Below, one piece after another: positions 12,301 to 26,189 of a stretch of DNA of 64,000 nt. How positions within the stretch are numbered: the stretch's first letter is position 1; each line of letters starts with the position of its first letter. The notes beneath the pieces are model-generated. The model searched no databases, was not told where the DNA came from, and saw only the letters and a program-made list of their open reading frames with translations. Source of the DNA: Eledone cirrhosa (Eukaryota); the NCBI GenBank assembly GCA_964016885.1, contig OZ024744.1, positions 20,584,001 through 20,648,000 of the forward strand, written 5' to 3'. The position numbers and the translations under genes are program-made.

Positions 12301-15300
12301 CTTAAGAACTGTCTCGTTTTAACAACAGTTGAATCTTAAGATAAACCTCGTTTTAACAACAGTTGAATCTTAAGAACTGACTCGTTTTAACAACAGTTAA
12401 ATCTTAAGAACAGACTCGTTTTAACAACAGTTGAATCTTAAGATAAAACTCGTTTTAACAACTGTTGAATCTTAAGTTCAGACTCGTTTTAACAACAGTT
12501 GAATCTTAAGAACTGACTCGTTTTAACAACAGCTGAATCTTAAGATAAAACTCGTTTTAACAACAGTTGAATCTTAAGAACTGACTCGTTTTAACAACAG
12601 CTGAATCTTAAGATAAAACTCGTTTTAACAACAGTTGAATCTTAAGATAAAACTCGTTTTAACAACAGTTGAATCTTAAGTACTGACTCGTTTTAACAAC
12701 AGTTGAATCTTAAGAAAAACTCGTTTTAACAACAGTTGAATCTTATGAGCTAACTCATTTTAACAACAGTTGAATCTTAAGTTAAGACTCGTTTTAACAA
12801 CAGTTGAATCTTAAGAACTGACTCGTTTTAACGACAGCTGAATCTTAAGATAAAACTTGATTTAACAACAGTTGAATCTTAAGAACTGACTCGTTTTAAC
12901 AACAGTTGAATCTTAAGACAAAACCCGTTTTAACAACAGTTGAATCTTAAGAACTGTCTCGTTTTAACAACAGTTGAATCTTAAGATAAACCTCGTTTTA
13001 ACAACAGTTTAATCTTAAGAACTGATTCGTTTTAACAACAGTTGAATCTTAAGAACTGACTTGTTCTAACAACAGTTCAGCCTTAAGAACTGACTCGTTT
13101 TAAAACAGTTGAATCGTTAGAACTGACTCGTTTTAACAACGGTTGAATCTTAAAATAAAACTCGTTTTAACAATAATTGAATCTCAAGAACTGACTCGTT
13201 TTAGCAACAGTTGAATCTTAAGATAACACTCGTTTTCATAACAGTTGAATCTTAAGAACTGACTCGTTTTAACAACAGCTGAATCTTAAGATAAACCTCG
13301 TTTTAACAACAGTTGATTCTTAAGAACCGACTCGTTTTAACAACAGTTAAATCTAAATAACTGACTCGTTTTAACAACAGTTGAATGTTAAGATAAAACT
13401 CGTTTTAACAATAGTTGAACCTTAAGAACTGACTCGTTTTAACAACAGTTGAATCTTAAGATAAAACTCGTTTTAACAACTGTTGAATCTTAAGAACTGA
13501 CTCGTTTTAACAACAGCTGAATCTTAAGATAAAACTCGTTTTAAGAACAGTTGAATCTTAAGAACTGACTCGTTTTAACAACAGTTGAATCTTAAGAACT
13601 GACTCGTTTTAATAACAGTTGAATCTTAAGATAAAACTCGTTTTAACAACAGTTGAATCTTAAGAACTGACTCGTTTTAACAACAGCTGAATCTTAAGAT
13701 AAAACTCGTTTTAACAACAGTTGAATCCTAAGAACTGACTTGTTTTATCAACAGTTCAACCGTAAGAACTGACTCGTTTTAACAACAGTTGAATGTTCAA
13801 ATAAAACTCGTTTTAACAACAGTTGAATCTTAAGAACTGACTCGTTTTAACAACAGTTGAATCTTAAGAACTGACTCGTTTTAACAACAGTTAAATCTTA
13901 ATAACTGACTCGTTTTAACAACAGTTGAATGTTAAGATAAAACTCGTTTTAACAACTGTTGAATCTTAAGAACTGACTCGTTTTAACAACAGCTGAATCT
14001 TAAGATAAAACTCGTTTTAACAACAGTTGAATCTTAAGAACTGACTCGTTTTAACAACAGTTAAATCTTCAAATAAAACTCGTTTTAACAACAGTTGAAC
14101 ATTAAGAACTGTCTCGTTTTAACAACAGTTGAATGTTAAGATAAAACTCGTTTTAACAATAGTTGAATCTTAAGAACTGACTCGTTTTAACAACAGTTGA
14201 ATCTTAAGATAAAACTCGTTTTAACAACAGTTGAATCTTAAGAACTGAATCGTTTTAACAACAGCTGAATCTTAAAATAAAATTCGTTTTAACAACAGTT
14301 CAAACTTAAGAAATGACTCGTTTTAACAACAGTTGAATCTTATGAACTGACTCATTTTAACAACAGTTGAATCTTAAGAACTGATTCGTTTTAACAACAG
14401 TTGAATCTTAAGATAAAACTCGTTTTAACAACTGTTGAATCTTAAGAACTGACTCGTTTTAACAACAGCTGAATCTTAAGATAAAACTCGTTTTAACAAC
14501 AGTTGAATCTTAAGAACTGACTCGTTTTAACAACAGTTGAATCTTCAAATAAAACTCGTTTTAACAACAGTTGAATCTTAAGAACTGACTCGTTTTAACA
14601 ACAGTTGAATGTTAAGATAAAACTCGTTTTAACAATAGTTGAAACTTAAGAACTGACTCGTTTTAACAACAGTTGAATCTTAAGATAAAACTCGTTTTAA
14701 CAACAGTTGAATCTTAAGAACTGACTCGTTTTAACAACAGCTGAATCTTAAGATAAAACTCGTTTTAACAACAGTTGAATCTTAAGAACGGACTCGTTTT
14801 AACAACAGCTGAATCTTAAGATAAAACTCGTTTTAACGACAGTTGAATCTTAAGAACTGATTCGTTTTAACAACAGTTCAAACTTAAGAACTAACTCGTT
14901 TTATCAACAGTTGAATCTTATGAACTGACTCATTTTAACAACAGTTGAATCTTAAGATAACATTCGTTTTAACAACAGTTGAATCTTAAGAACTGACTCG
15001 TTTTAACAACAGTTGAATCTTAAAGATAAAACTCGTTTCAACAACAGTTGAATCTTAAGAACTGACTCGTTTTAACAACAGCTGAATCTTAAGATAAAAC
15101 TCGTTTTAACAACAGTTGAATCTTAAGATAAAACTCGTTTTAACAACAGTTGAATCTTAAGAACTGACTCGTTTTAACGACAGCTGAATCTTAAGATAAA
15201 ACTCGTTTTAACAACAGTTGAATCTTAAGAACAGACTCGTTTTAACAACAGTTGAATCTTAAGAACTGACTCGTTTTAACGACAGCTGAATCTTAAGATA

Positions 15301-18300
15301 AAACTCGTTTTAACAACAGTTCAAACTTAAGAAATGACTCGTTTTAACAACAGTTGAATCTTATGAACTGACTCATTTTAACAACAGTTGAATCTTAAGA
15401 ACTGATTCGTTTTAACAACAGCTGAATCTTAAGATAAAACTCGTTTTAACAACAGTTGAATCTTTAGAACTGACTCGTTTTAACAACAGCTGAATCTTAA
15501 GATAAAACTCGTTTTAACAACAGTTGAATCTTAAGAACTGACTCGTTTTAACAACAGCTGAATCTTAAGATAAAACTCGTTTTAACAACAGTTGAATCTT
15601 AAGATAAAACTCGTTTTAACAACAGTTGAATCTTAAGTACTGACTCGTTTTAACAACAGTTGAATCTTAAGATAAAACTCGTTTTAACAACAGTTGAATC
15701 TTATGAGCTAACTCATTTTAACAACAGTTGAATCTTAAATTCAGACTCGTTTTAACAACAGTTGAATCTTAAGAACTGACTCGTTTTAACAACAGCTGAA
15801 TCTTAAGATAAAACTCGTTTTAACAACAGTTGAATCTTAAGAACTGACTCGTTTTAACAACAGCTGAATCTTAAGATAAAACTCGTTTTAACAACAGTTG
15901 AATCTTAAGATAAAACTCGTTTTAACAACAGTTGAATCTTAAGTACTGACTCGTTTTAACAACAGTTGAATCTTAAGATAAAACTCGTTTTAACAACAGT
16001 TGAATCTTATGAGCTAACTCATTTTAACAACAGTTGAATCTTAAGTTAAGACTCGTTTTAACAACAGTTGAATCTTAAGAACTGACTCGTTTTAACGACA
16101 GCTGAATCTTAAGATAAAACTTGATTTAACAACAGTTGAATCTTAAAGATAAAACTCGCTTTAACAACAGTTGAATCTTAAGAACTGACTCGTTTTAACA
16201 ACAGTTGAATCTTAAGACAAAACCCGTTTTAACAACAGTTGAATCTTAAGAACTGTCTCGTTTTAACAACAGTTGAATCTTAAGATAAACCTCGTTTTAA
16301 CAACAGTTTAATCTTAAGAACTGACTCGTTTAACAACAGTTGAATCTTAAGACAAAACTCGTTTTAACAACAGTTGAATCTTAAGAACTGACTTGTTCTA
16401 ACAACAGTTCAGCCTTAAGAACTGACTCGTTTTAAAACAGTTGAATCGTTAGAACTGACTCGTTTTAACAACAGTTGAATCTTAAAATAAAACTCGTTTT
16501 AACAATAGTTGAATCTCAAGAACTGACTCGTTTTAGCAACAGTTGAATCTTAAGATAACACTCGTTTTCATAACAGTTGAATCTTAAGAACTGTCTCGTT
16601 TTAACAACAGTTGAATCTTAAGATAAACCTCGTTTTAACAACAGTTGAATCTTAAGAACTGACTCGTTTTAACAACAGTTAAATCTTAAGAACAGACTCG
16701 TTTTAACAACAGTTGAATCTTAAGATAAAACTCGTTTTAACAACTGTTGAATCTTAAGTTCAGACTCGTTTTAACAACAGTTGAATCTTAAGAACTGACT
16801 CGTTTTAACAACAGCTGAATCTTAAGATAAAACTCGTTTTAACAACAGTTGAATCTTAAGAACTGACTCGTTTTAACAACAGCTGAATCTTAAGATAAAA
16901 CTCGTTTTAACAACAGTTGAATCTTAAGATAAAACTCGTTTTAACAACAGTTGAATCTTAAGTACTGACTCGTTTTAACAACAGTTGAATCTTAAGAAAA
17001 ACTCGTTTTAACAACAGTTGAATCTTATGAGCTAACTCATTTTAACAACAGTTGAATCTTAAGTTAAGACTCGTTTTAACAACAGTTGAATCTTAAGAAC
17101 TGACTCGTTTTAACGACAGCTGAATCTTAAGATAAAACTTGATTTAACAACAGTTGAATCTTAAGAACTGACTCGTTTTAACAACAGTTGAATCTTAAGA
17201 CAAAACCCGTTTTAACAACAGTTGAATCTTAAGAACTGTCTCGTTTTAACAACAGTTGAATCTTAAGATAAACCTCGTTTTAACAACAGTTTAATCTTAA
17301 GAACTGATTCGTTTTAACAACAGTTGAATCTTAAGAACTGACTTGTTCTAACAACAGTTCAGCCTTAAGAACTGACTCGTTTTAAAACAGTTGAATCGTT
17401 AGAACTGACTCGTTTTAACAACGGTTGAATCTTAAAATAAAACTCGTTTTAACAATAATTGAATCTCAAGAACTGACTCGTTTTAGCAACAGTTGAATCT
17501 TAAGATAACACTCGTTTTCATAACAGTTGAATCTTAAGAACTGACTCGTTTTAACAACAGCTGAATCTTAAGATAAACCTCGTTTTAACAACAGTTGATT
17601 CTTAAGAACCGACTCGTTTTAACAACAGTTAAATCTAAATAACTGACTCGTTTTAACAACAGTTGAATGTTAAGATAAAACTCGTTTTAACAATAGTTGA
17701 ACCTTAAGAACTGACTCGTTTTAACAACAGTTGAATCTTAAGATAAAACTCGTTTTAACAACTGTTGAATCTTAAGAACTGACTCGTTTTAACAACAGCT
17801 GAATCTTAAGATAAAACTCGTTTTAAGAACAGTTGAATCTTAAGAACTGACTCGTTTTAACAACAGTTGAATCTTAAGAACTGACTCGTTTTAATAACAG
17901 TTGAATCTTAAGATAAAACTCGTTTTAACAACAGTTGAATCTTAAGAACTGACTCGTTTTAACAACAGCTGAATCTTAAGATAAAACTCGTTTTAACAAC
18001 AGTTGAATCCTAAGAACTGACTTGTTTTATCAACAGTTCAACCGTAAGAACTGACTCGTTTTAACAACAGTTGAATGTTCAAATAAAACTCGTTTTAACA
18101 ACAGTTGAATCTTAAGAACTGACTCGTTTTAACAACAGTTGAATCTTAAGAACTGACTCGTTTTAACAACAGTTAAATCTTAATAACTGACTCGTTTTAA
18201 CAACAGTTGAATGTTAAGATAAAACTCGTTTTAACAACTGTTGAATCTTAAGAACTGACTCGTTTTAACAACAGCTGAATCTTAAGATAAAACTCGTTTT

Positions 18301-21300
18301 AACAACAGTTGAATCTTAAGAACTGACTCGTTTTAACAACAGTTAAATCTTCAAATAAAACTCGTTTTAACAACAGTTGAACATTAAGAACTGTCTCGTT
18401 TTAACAACAGTTGAATGTTAAGATAAAACTCGTTTTAACAATAGTTGAATCTTAAGAACTGACTCGTTTTAACAACAGTTGAATCTTAAGATAAAACTCG
18501 TTTTAACAACAGTTGAATCTTAAGAACTGAATCGTTTTAACAACAGCTGAATCTTAAAATAAAATTCGTTTTAACAACAGTTCAAACTTAAGAAATGACT
18601 CGTTTTAACAACAGTTGAATCTTATGAACTGACTCATTTTAACAACAGTTGAATCTTAAGAACTGATTCGTTTTAACAACAGTTGAATCTTAAGATAAAA
18701 CTCGTTTTAACAACAGTGGAATCTTAAGAACTGACTCGTTTTAGCAACAGCTGAATCTTAAGATAAAACTCGTTTTAACAACAGTTGAATCTTAAGAACT
18801 GACTCGTTTTAACAACAGCTGAATCTTAATATAAAACTCGTTTTAACAGCAGTTGAATCTTAAGATAAAACTCGTTTTAACAACAGTTGAATCTTAAGAA
18901 CTGACTCGTTTTAACAACAGTTGAATTTTAAGATAAACCTCGTTTTGACAACAGTTGAATCTTAAGAACTGACTCGTTTTAACAACAGTTGAACATTAAG
19001 AACTGTCTCGTTTTAACAACAGTTGAATGTTAAGATAAAACTCGTTTTAACAATAGTTGAATCTTAAGAACTGACTCGTTTTAACAACAGCTGAATCTTA
19101 AGATAAAACTCGTTTTAACAACAGTTCAAACTTAAGAAATGACTCGTTTTAACAACAGTTGAATCTTATGAACTGACTCATTTTAACAACAGTTGAATCT
19201 TAAGAACTGATTCGTTTTAACAACAGTTGAATCTTAAGATAAAACTCGTTTTAACAACAGTTGAATCTAAATAACTGACTCGTTTTAACAACAGTTGAAT
19301 GTTAAGATAAAACTCGTTTTAACAATAGTTGAACCTTAAGAACTGACTCGTTATAACAACAGTTGAATCTTAAGATAAAACTCGTTTTAACAACTGTTGA
19401 ATCTTAAGAACTGACTCGTTTTAACAACAGCTGAATCTTAAGACAAAACTCGTTTTAAGAACAGTTGAATCTTAAGAACTGACTCGTTTTAACAACAGTT
19501 GAATCTTAAGAACTGACTCGTTTTAACAACAGTTGAATGTTAAGATAAAACTCGTTTTAACAATAGTTGAATCTTAAGAACTGACTCGTTTTAACAACAG
19601 TTGAATCTTAAGATAAAACTCGTTTTAACAACAGTTGAATCTTAAGAACTGACTCGTTTTAACAACAGCTGAATCTTAATATAAAACTCGTTTTAACAAC
19701 AGTTGAATCTTAAGAACTGACTCGTTTTAACAACAGTTGAATCTTAAGAACTGACTCGTTTTAACGACAGCTGAATCTTAAGATAAAACTCGTTTTAACA
19801 ACAGTTGGATCTTAAGAACTGACTCGTTTTAACAACAGTTGAATCTTACGATAAAACTCGTTTTAACAACAGTTGAATCTTATGAACTAACTCATTTTAA
19901 CAACAGTTGAATCTTAAGTTAAGACTCGTTTTAACAACATTTGAATCTTAAGAACTGACTCGTTTTAACAACAGTTGAATCTTAAGACAAAACCCGTTTT
20001 AACAACAGTTGAATCTTAAGAACTGTCTCGTTTTAACAACAGTTGAATCTTAAGATAAACCTCGTTTTAACAACAGTTTAATCTTAAGAACAGACTCGTT
20101 TTAACAACAGTTGAATCTTAAGACAAAACTCGTTTTAACAACAGTTGAATCTTAAGAACTGACTTGTTCTAACAACAGTTCAGCCTTAAGAACTGACTCG
20201 TTTTAAAACAGTTGAATCGTTAGAACTGACTCGTTTTAACAACAGTTGAATCTTAAAATAAAACTCGTTTTAACAATAGTTGAATCTCAAGAACTGACTC
20301 GTTTTAGCAACAGTTGAATCTTAAGATAACACTCGTTTTCATAACAGTTGAATCTTAAGAACTGTCTCGTTTCAACAACAGTTGAATCTTAAGAACTGAC
20401 TCGTTTTGACAACAGTTGAATCTTAAGAACTGACTCGTTTTAACAACAGTTGAATCTTCAAATAATACTCGTTTTAACAACAGTTGAATCTTAAGAACTG
20501 ACTCGTTTTAACAACAGTTGAATGTTAAGATAAAACTCGTTTTAACAATAGTGGAATCTTAAGAACTGACTCGTTTTAACAACAGTTGAATCTTAAGATA
20601 AAACTCGTTTTAACAACAGTTCAATCTTAAGAACTGACTCGTTTTAACAACAGCTGAATCTTAAGATAAAACTCGTTTTAACAACAGTTCAAACTTAAGA
20701 AATGACTCATTTTAACAACAGTTGAATCTTAAGATAACATTCGTTTTAACAACAGTTGAATCTTAAGAACTGACTCGTTTTAACAACAGTTGAATCTTAA
20801 AGATAAAACTCGTTTCGACAACAGTTGAATCTTAAGAACTGACTCGTTTTAACAACAGCTGAATCTTAAGATAAAACTCGTTTTAACAACAGTTGAATCT
20901 TAAGATAAAACTCGTTTTAACAACAGTTGAATCTTAAGAACTGACTCGTTTTAACGACAGCTGAATCTTAAGATAAAACTCGTTTTAACAACAGTTCAAA
21001 CTTAAGAAATGACTCGTTTTAACAACAGTTGAATCTTATGAACTGACTCATTTTAACAACAGTTGAATCTTAAGAACTGATTCGTTTTAACAACAGCTGA
21101 ATCTTAAGATAAAACTCGTTTTAACAACAGTTGAATCTTTAGAACTGACTCGTTTTAACAACAGCTGAATCTTAAGATAAAACTCGTTTTAACAACAGTT
21201 GAATCTTAAGAACTGACTCGTTTTAACAACAGCTGAATCTTAAGATAAAACTCGTTTTAACAACAGTTGAATCTTAAGATAAAACTCGTTTTAACAACAG

Positions 21301-24300
21301 TTGAATCTTAAGAACTGACTCTTTTTAACAACAGTTGAATCTTAAGATAAAACTCGTTTTAACAACAGTTGAATCTTATGAGCTAACTCATTTTAACAAC
21401 AGTTGAATCTTAAGTTCAGACTCGTTTTAACAACAGTTGAATCTTAAGAACTGACTCGTTTTAACAACAGCTGAATCTTAAGATAAAACTCGTTTTAACA
21501 ACAGTTGAATCTTAAGATAAAACTCGTTTTAACAACAGTTGAATCTTAAGTACAGACTCGTTTTAACAACAGTTGAATCTTAAGATAAAACTCGTTTTAA
21601 CAACAGTTGAATCTTATGAGCTAACTCATTTTAACAACAGTTGAATCTTAAGTTAAGACTCGTTTTAACAACAGTTGAATCTTAAGAACTGACTCGTTTT
21701 AACGACAGCTGAATCTTAAGATAAAACTTGATTTAACAACAGTTGAATCTTAAAGATAAAACTCGCTTTAACAACAGTTGAATCTTAAGAACTGACTCGT
21801 TTTAACAACAGTTGAATCTTAAGACAAAACCCGTTTTAACAACAGTTGAATCTTAAGAACTGTCTCGTTTTAACAACAGTTGAATCTTAAGATAAACCTC
21901 GTTTTAACAACAGTTTAATCTTAAGAACTGACTCGTTTTAACAACAGTTGAATCTTAAGACAAAACTCGTTTTAACAACAGTTGAATCTTAAGAACTGAC
22001 TTGTTCTAACAACAGTTCAGCCTTAAGAACTGACTCGTTTTAAAACAGTTGAATCGTTAGAACTGACTCGTTTTAACAACAGTTGAATCTTAAAATAAAA
22101 CTCGTTTTAACAATAGTTGAATCTCAAGAACTGACTCGTTTTAGCAACAGTTGAATCTTAAGATAACACTCGTTTTCATAACAGTTGAATCTTAAGAACT
22201 GTCTCGTTTTAACAACAGTTGAATCTTAAGATAAACCTCGTTTTAACAACAGTTGAATCTTAAGAACTGACTCGTTTTAACAACAGTTAAATCTTAATAA
22301 CAGACTCGTTTTAACAACAGTTGAATCTTAAGATAAAACTCGTTTTAACAACTGTTGAATCTTAAGAACTGACTCGTTTTAACAACAGCTGAATCTTAAG
22401 ATAAAACTCGTTTTAACAACAGTTGAATCTTAAGAACTGACTCGTTTTAACAACAGTTGAATCTTAAGATAAAACCCGTTTTAACAACTGTTGAATCTTA
22501 AGAACTGACTCGTTTTAACAACAGCTGAATCTTAAGATAAAACTCGTTTTAACAACAGTTGAATCTTAAGAACTGACTCGTTTTAACAACAGTTGAATCT
22601 TCAAATAAAACTCGTTTTAACAACAGTTGAATCTTAAGAACTGACTCGTTTTAACAACAGTTGAATGTTAAGATAAAACTCGTTTTAACAATAGTTGAAA
22701 CTTAAGAAATGACTCGTTTTAACAACAGTTGAATCTTCAAATAAAACTCGTTTTAACAACAGTTGAATCTTAAGAACTGACTCGTTTTAACAACAGTTGA
22801 ATGTTAAGATAAAACTCGTTTTAACAATAGTTGAAACTTAAGAACTGACTCGTTTTAACAACAGTTGAATCTTAAGATAAAACTCGTTTTAACAACAGTT
22901 GAATCTTAAGAACTGACTCGTTTTAACAACAGCTGAATCTTAAGATAAAACTCGTTTTAACAACAGTTGAATCTTAAGAACGGACTCGTTTTAACAACAG
23001 CTGAATCTTAAGATAAAACTCGTTTTAACGACAGTTGAATCTTAAGAACTGATTCGTTTTAACAACAGTTCAAACTTAAGAACTGACTCGTTTTATCAAC
23101 AGTTGAATCTTATGAACTGACTCATTTTAACAACAGTTGAATCTTAAGATAACATTCGTTTTAACAACAGTTGAATCTTAAGAACTGACTCGTTTTAACA
23201 ACAGTTGAATCTTAAAGATAAAACTCGTTTCAACAACAGTTGAATCTTAAGAACTGACTCGTTTTAACAACAGCTGAATCTTAAGATAAAACTCGTTTTA
23301 ACAACAGTTGAATCTTAAGATAAAACTCGTTTTAACAACAGTTGAATCTTAAGAACTGACTCGTTTTAACGACAGCTGAATCTTAAGATAAAACTCGTTT
23401 TAACAACAGTTGAATCTTAAGAACAGACTCGTTTTAACAACAGTTGAATCTTAAGAACTGACTCGTTTTAACGACAGCTGAATCTTAAGATAAAACTCGT
23501 TTTAACAACAGTTCAAACTTAAGAAATGACTCGTTTTAACAACAGTTGAATCTTATGAACTGACTCATTTTAACAACAGTTGAATCTTAAGAACTGATTC
23601 GTTTTAACAACAGCTGAATCTTAAGATAAAACTCGTTTTAACAACAGTTGAATCTTTAGAACTGACTCGTTTTAACAACAGCTGAATCTTAAGATAAAAC
23701 TCGTTTTAACAACAGTTGAATCTTAAGAACTGACTCGTTTTAACAACAGCTGAATCTTAAGATAAAACTCGTTTTAACAACAGTTGAATCTTAAGATAAA
23801 ACTCGTTTTAACAACAGTTGAATCTTAAGAACTGACTCTTTTTAACAACAGTTGAATCTTAAGATAAAACTCGTTTTAACAACAGTTGAATCTTATGAGC
23901 TAACTCATTTTAACAACAGTTGAATCTTAAGTTCAGACTCGTTTTAACAACAGTTGAATCTTAAGAACTGACTCGTTTTAACAACAGCTGAATCTTAAGA
24001 TAAAACTCGTTTTAACAACAGTTGAATCTTAAGAACTGACTCGTTTTAACAACAGCTGAATCTTAAGATAAAACTCGTTTTAACAACAGTTGAATCTTAA
24101 GATAAAACTCGTTTTAACAACAGTTGAATCTTAAGTACTGACTCGTTTTAACAACAGTTGAATCTTAAGATAAAACTCGTTTTAACAACAGTTGAATCTT
24201 ATGAGCTAACTCATTTTAACAACAGTTGAATCTTAAGTTAAGACTCGTTTTAACAACAGTTGAATCTTAAGAACTGACTCGTTTTAACGACAGCTGAATC

Positions 24301-24350
24301 TTAAGATAAAACTTGATTTAACAACAGTTGAATCTTAAAGATAAAACTCG
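4380..24350. repeat. ~12.5-kb-offset duplication: ~4380-11900 recurs at ~16920-24350
   Basis: Offset 12542 for TTGTTC (4801/17343, 7622/20164), GTTATAAC (~6808/19350), AACAACATTT (~7391/19933) and GTGGAATC (8009/20551). The offset then drifts by whole-monomer indels (9493/22001). Confidence 0.85.
10200..18700. repeat. Tandem duplication of a 4282-bp (~126-monomer) block: ~10200-14450 and ~14480-18700
   Basis: Rare variants at constant offset 4282: AACTAACTCGTTTTATC (~10608/14890), 3-T CTCGTTTAAC (~12044/16326), TAAGAAAAACTCG (~12711/16993), TTGTTC (12111/16393, 13061/17343). Confidence 0.88.
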
Positions 24351-26189
24351 CTTTAACAACAGTTGAATCTTAAGATAAAACTCGTTTTAACAACAGTTGA
24401 ATCTTAAGTACTGACTCTTTTTAACAACAGTTGAATCTTAAGATAAAACTCGTTTTAACAACAGTTGAATCTTATGAGCTAACTCATTTTAACAACAGTT
24501 GAATCTTAAGTTAAGACTCGTTTTAACAACAGTTGAATCTAAATAACTGACTCGTTTTAACAACAGTTGAATGTTAAGATAAAACTCGTTTTAACAATAG
24601 TTGAACCTTAAGAACTGACTCGTTTTAACAACAGTTGAATCTTAAGATAAAACCCGTTTTAACAACTGTTGAATCTTAAGAACTGACTCGTTTTAACATC
24701 AGCTGAATCTTAAGACACCACTCGTTTTAAGAACAGTTGAATCTTAAGAACTTACTCGTTTTAACAACAGTTGAATCTTAAGAACTGACTCGTTTTAACA
24801 ACAGTTGAATGTTAAGATAAAACTCGTTTTAATAAATAGTTGAATCTTAAGAACTGACTCGTTTTAACAACAGTTGAATCTTAAGATAAAACTCGTTTTA
24901 ACAACAGTTGAATCTTAAGAACTGACTCGTTTTAACAACAGCTGAATCTTAATATAAAACTCGTTTTAACAACAGTTGAATCTTAAGAACTGACTCGTTT
25001 TAACAACAGTTGAATCTTAAGAACTGACTCGTTTTAACAACAGCTGAATCTTAAGATAAAACTCGTTTTAACGACAGTTGAATCTTAAGAACTGATTCGT
25101 TTTAACAACAGTTCAAACTTAAGAACTGACTCGTTTTATCAACAGTTGAATCTTATGAACTGACTCATTTTAACAACAGTTGAATCTTAAGATAACATTC
25201 GTTTTAACAACAGTTGAATCTTAAGTACTGACTCGTTTTAACAACAGTTGAATCTTAAAGATAAAACTCGTTTCAACAACAGTTGAATCTTAAGAACTGA
25301 CTCGTTTTAACAACAGCTGAATCTTAAGATAAAACTCGTTTTAACAACAGTTGAATCTTAAGATAAAACTCGTTTTAACAACAGTTGAATCTTAAGAACT
25401 GACTCGTTTTAACGACAGCTGAATCTTAAGATAAAACTCGTTTTAACAACAGTTGAATCTTAAGAACAGACTCGTTTTAGCAACAGCTGAATCTTAAGAT
25501 AAAACTCGTTTTAACAACAGTTGAATCTTAAGAACTGACTCGTTTTAACAACAGCTGAATCTTAATATAAAACTCGTTTTAACGACAGCTGAATCTTAAG
25601 ATAAAACTCGTTTTAACAACAGTTGGATCTTAAGAACTGACTCGTTTTAACAACAGTTGAATCTTACGATAAAACTCGTTTTAACAACAGTTGAATCTTA
25701 TGAACTAACTCATTTTAACAACAGTTGAATCTTAAGTTAAGACTCGTTTTAACAACAGTTGAATCTTAAGAACTGACTCGTTTTAACAACAGTTGAATCT
25801 TAAGACAAAACCCGTTTTAACAACAGTTGAATCTTAAGAACTGTCACGTTTTAACAACAGTTGAATCTTAAGATAAACCTCGTTTTAACAACAGTTTAAT
25901 CTTAAGAACTGACTCGTTTTAACAACAGTTGAATCTTAAGACAAAACTCGTTTTAACAACAGTTGAATCTTAAGAACTGACTTGTTCTAACAACAGTTCA
26001 GCCTTAAGAACTGACTCGTTTTAAAACAGTTGAATCGTTAGAACTGACTCGTTTTAACAACAGTTGAATCTTAAAATAAAACTCGTGTTAACAATAGTTG
26101 AATCTCAAGAACTGACTCGTTTTAGCAACAGTTGAATCTTAAGATAACACTCGTTTTCATAACAGTTGAATCTTAAGAACTGTCTCGTT

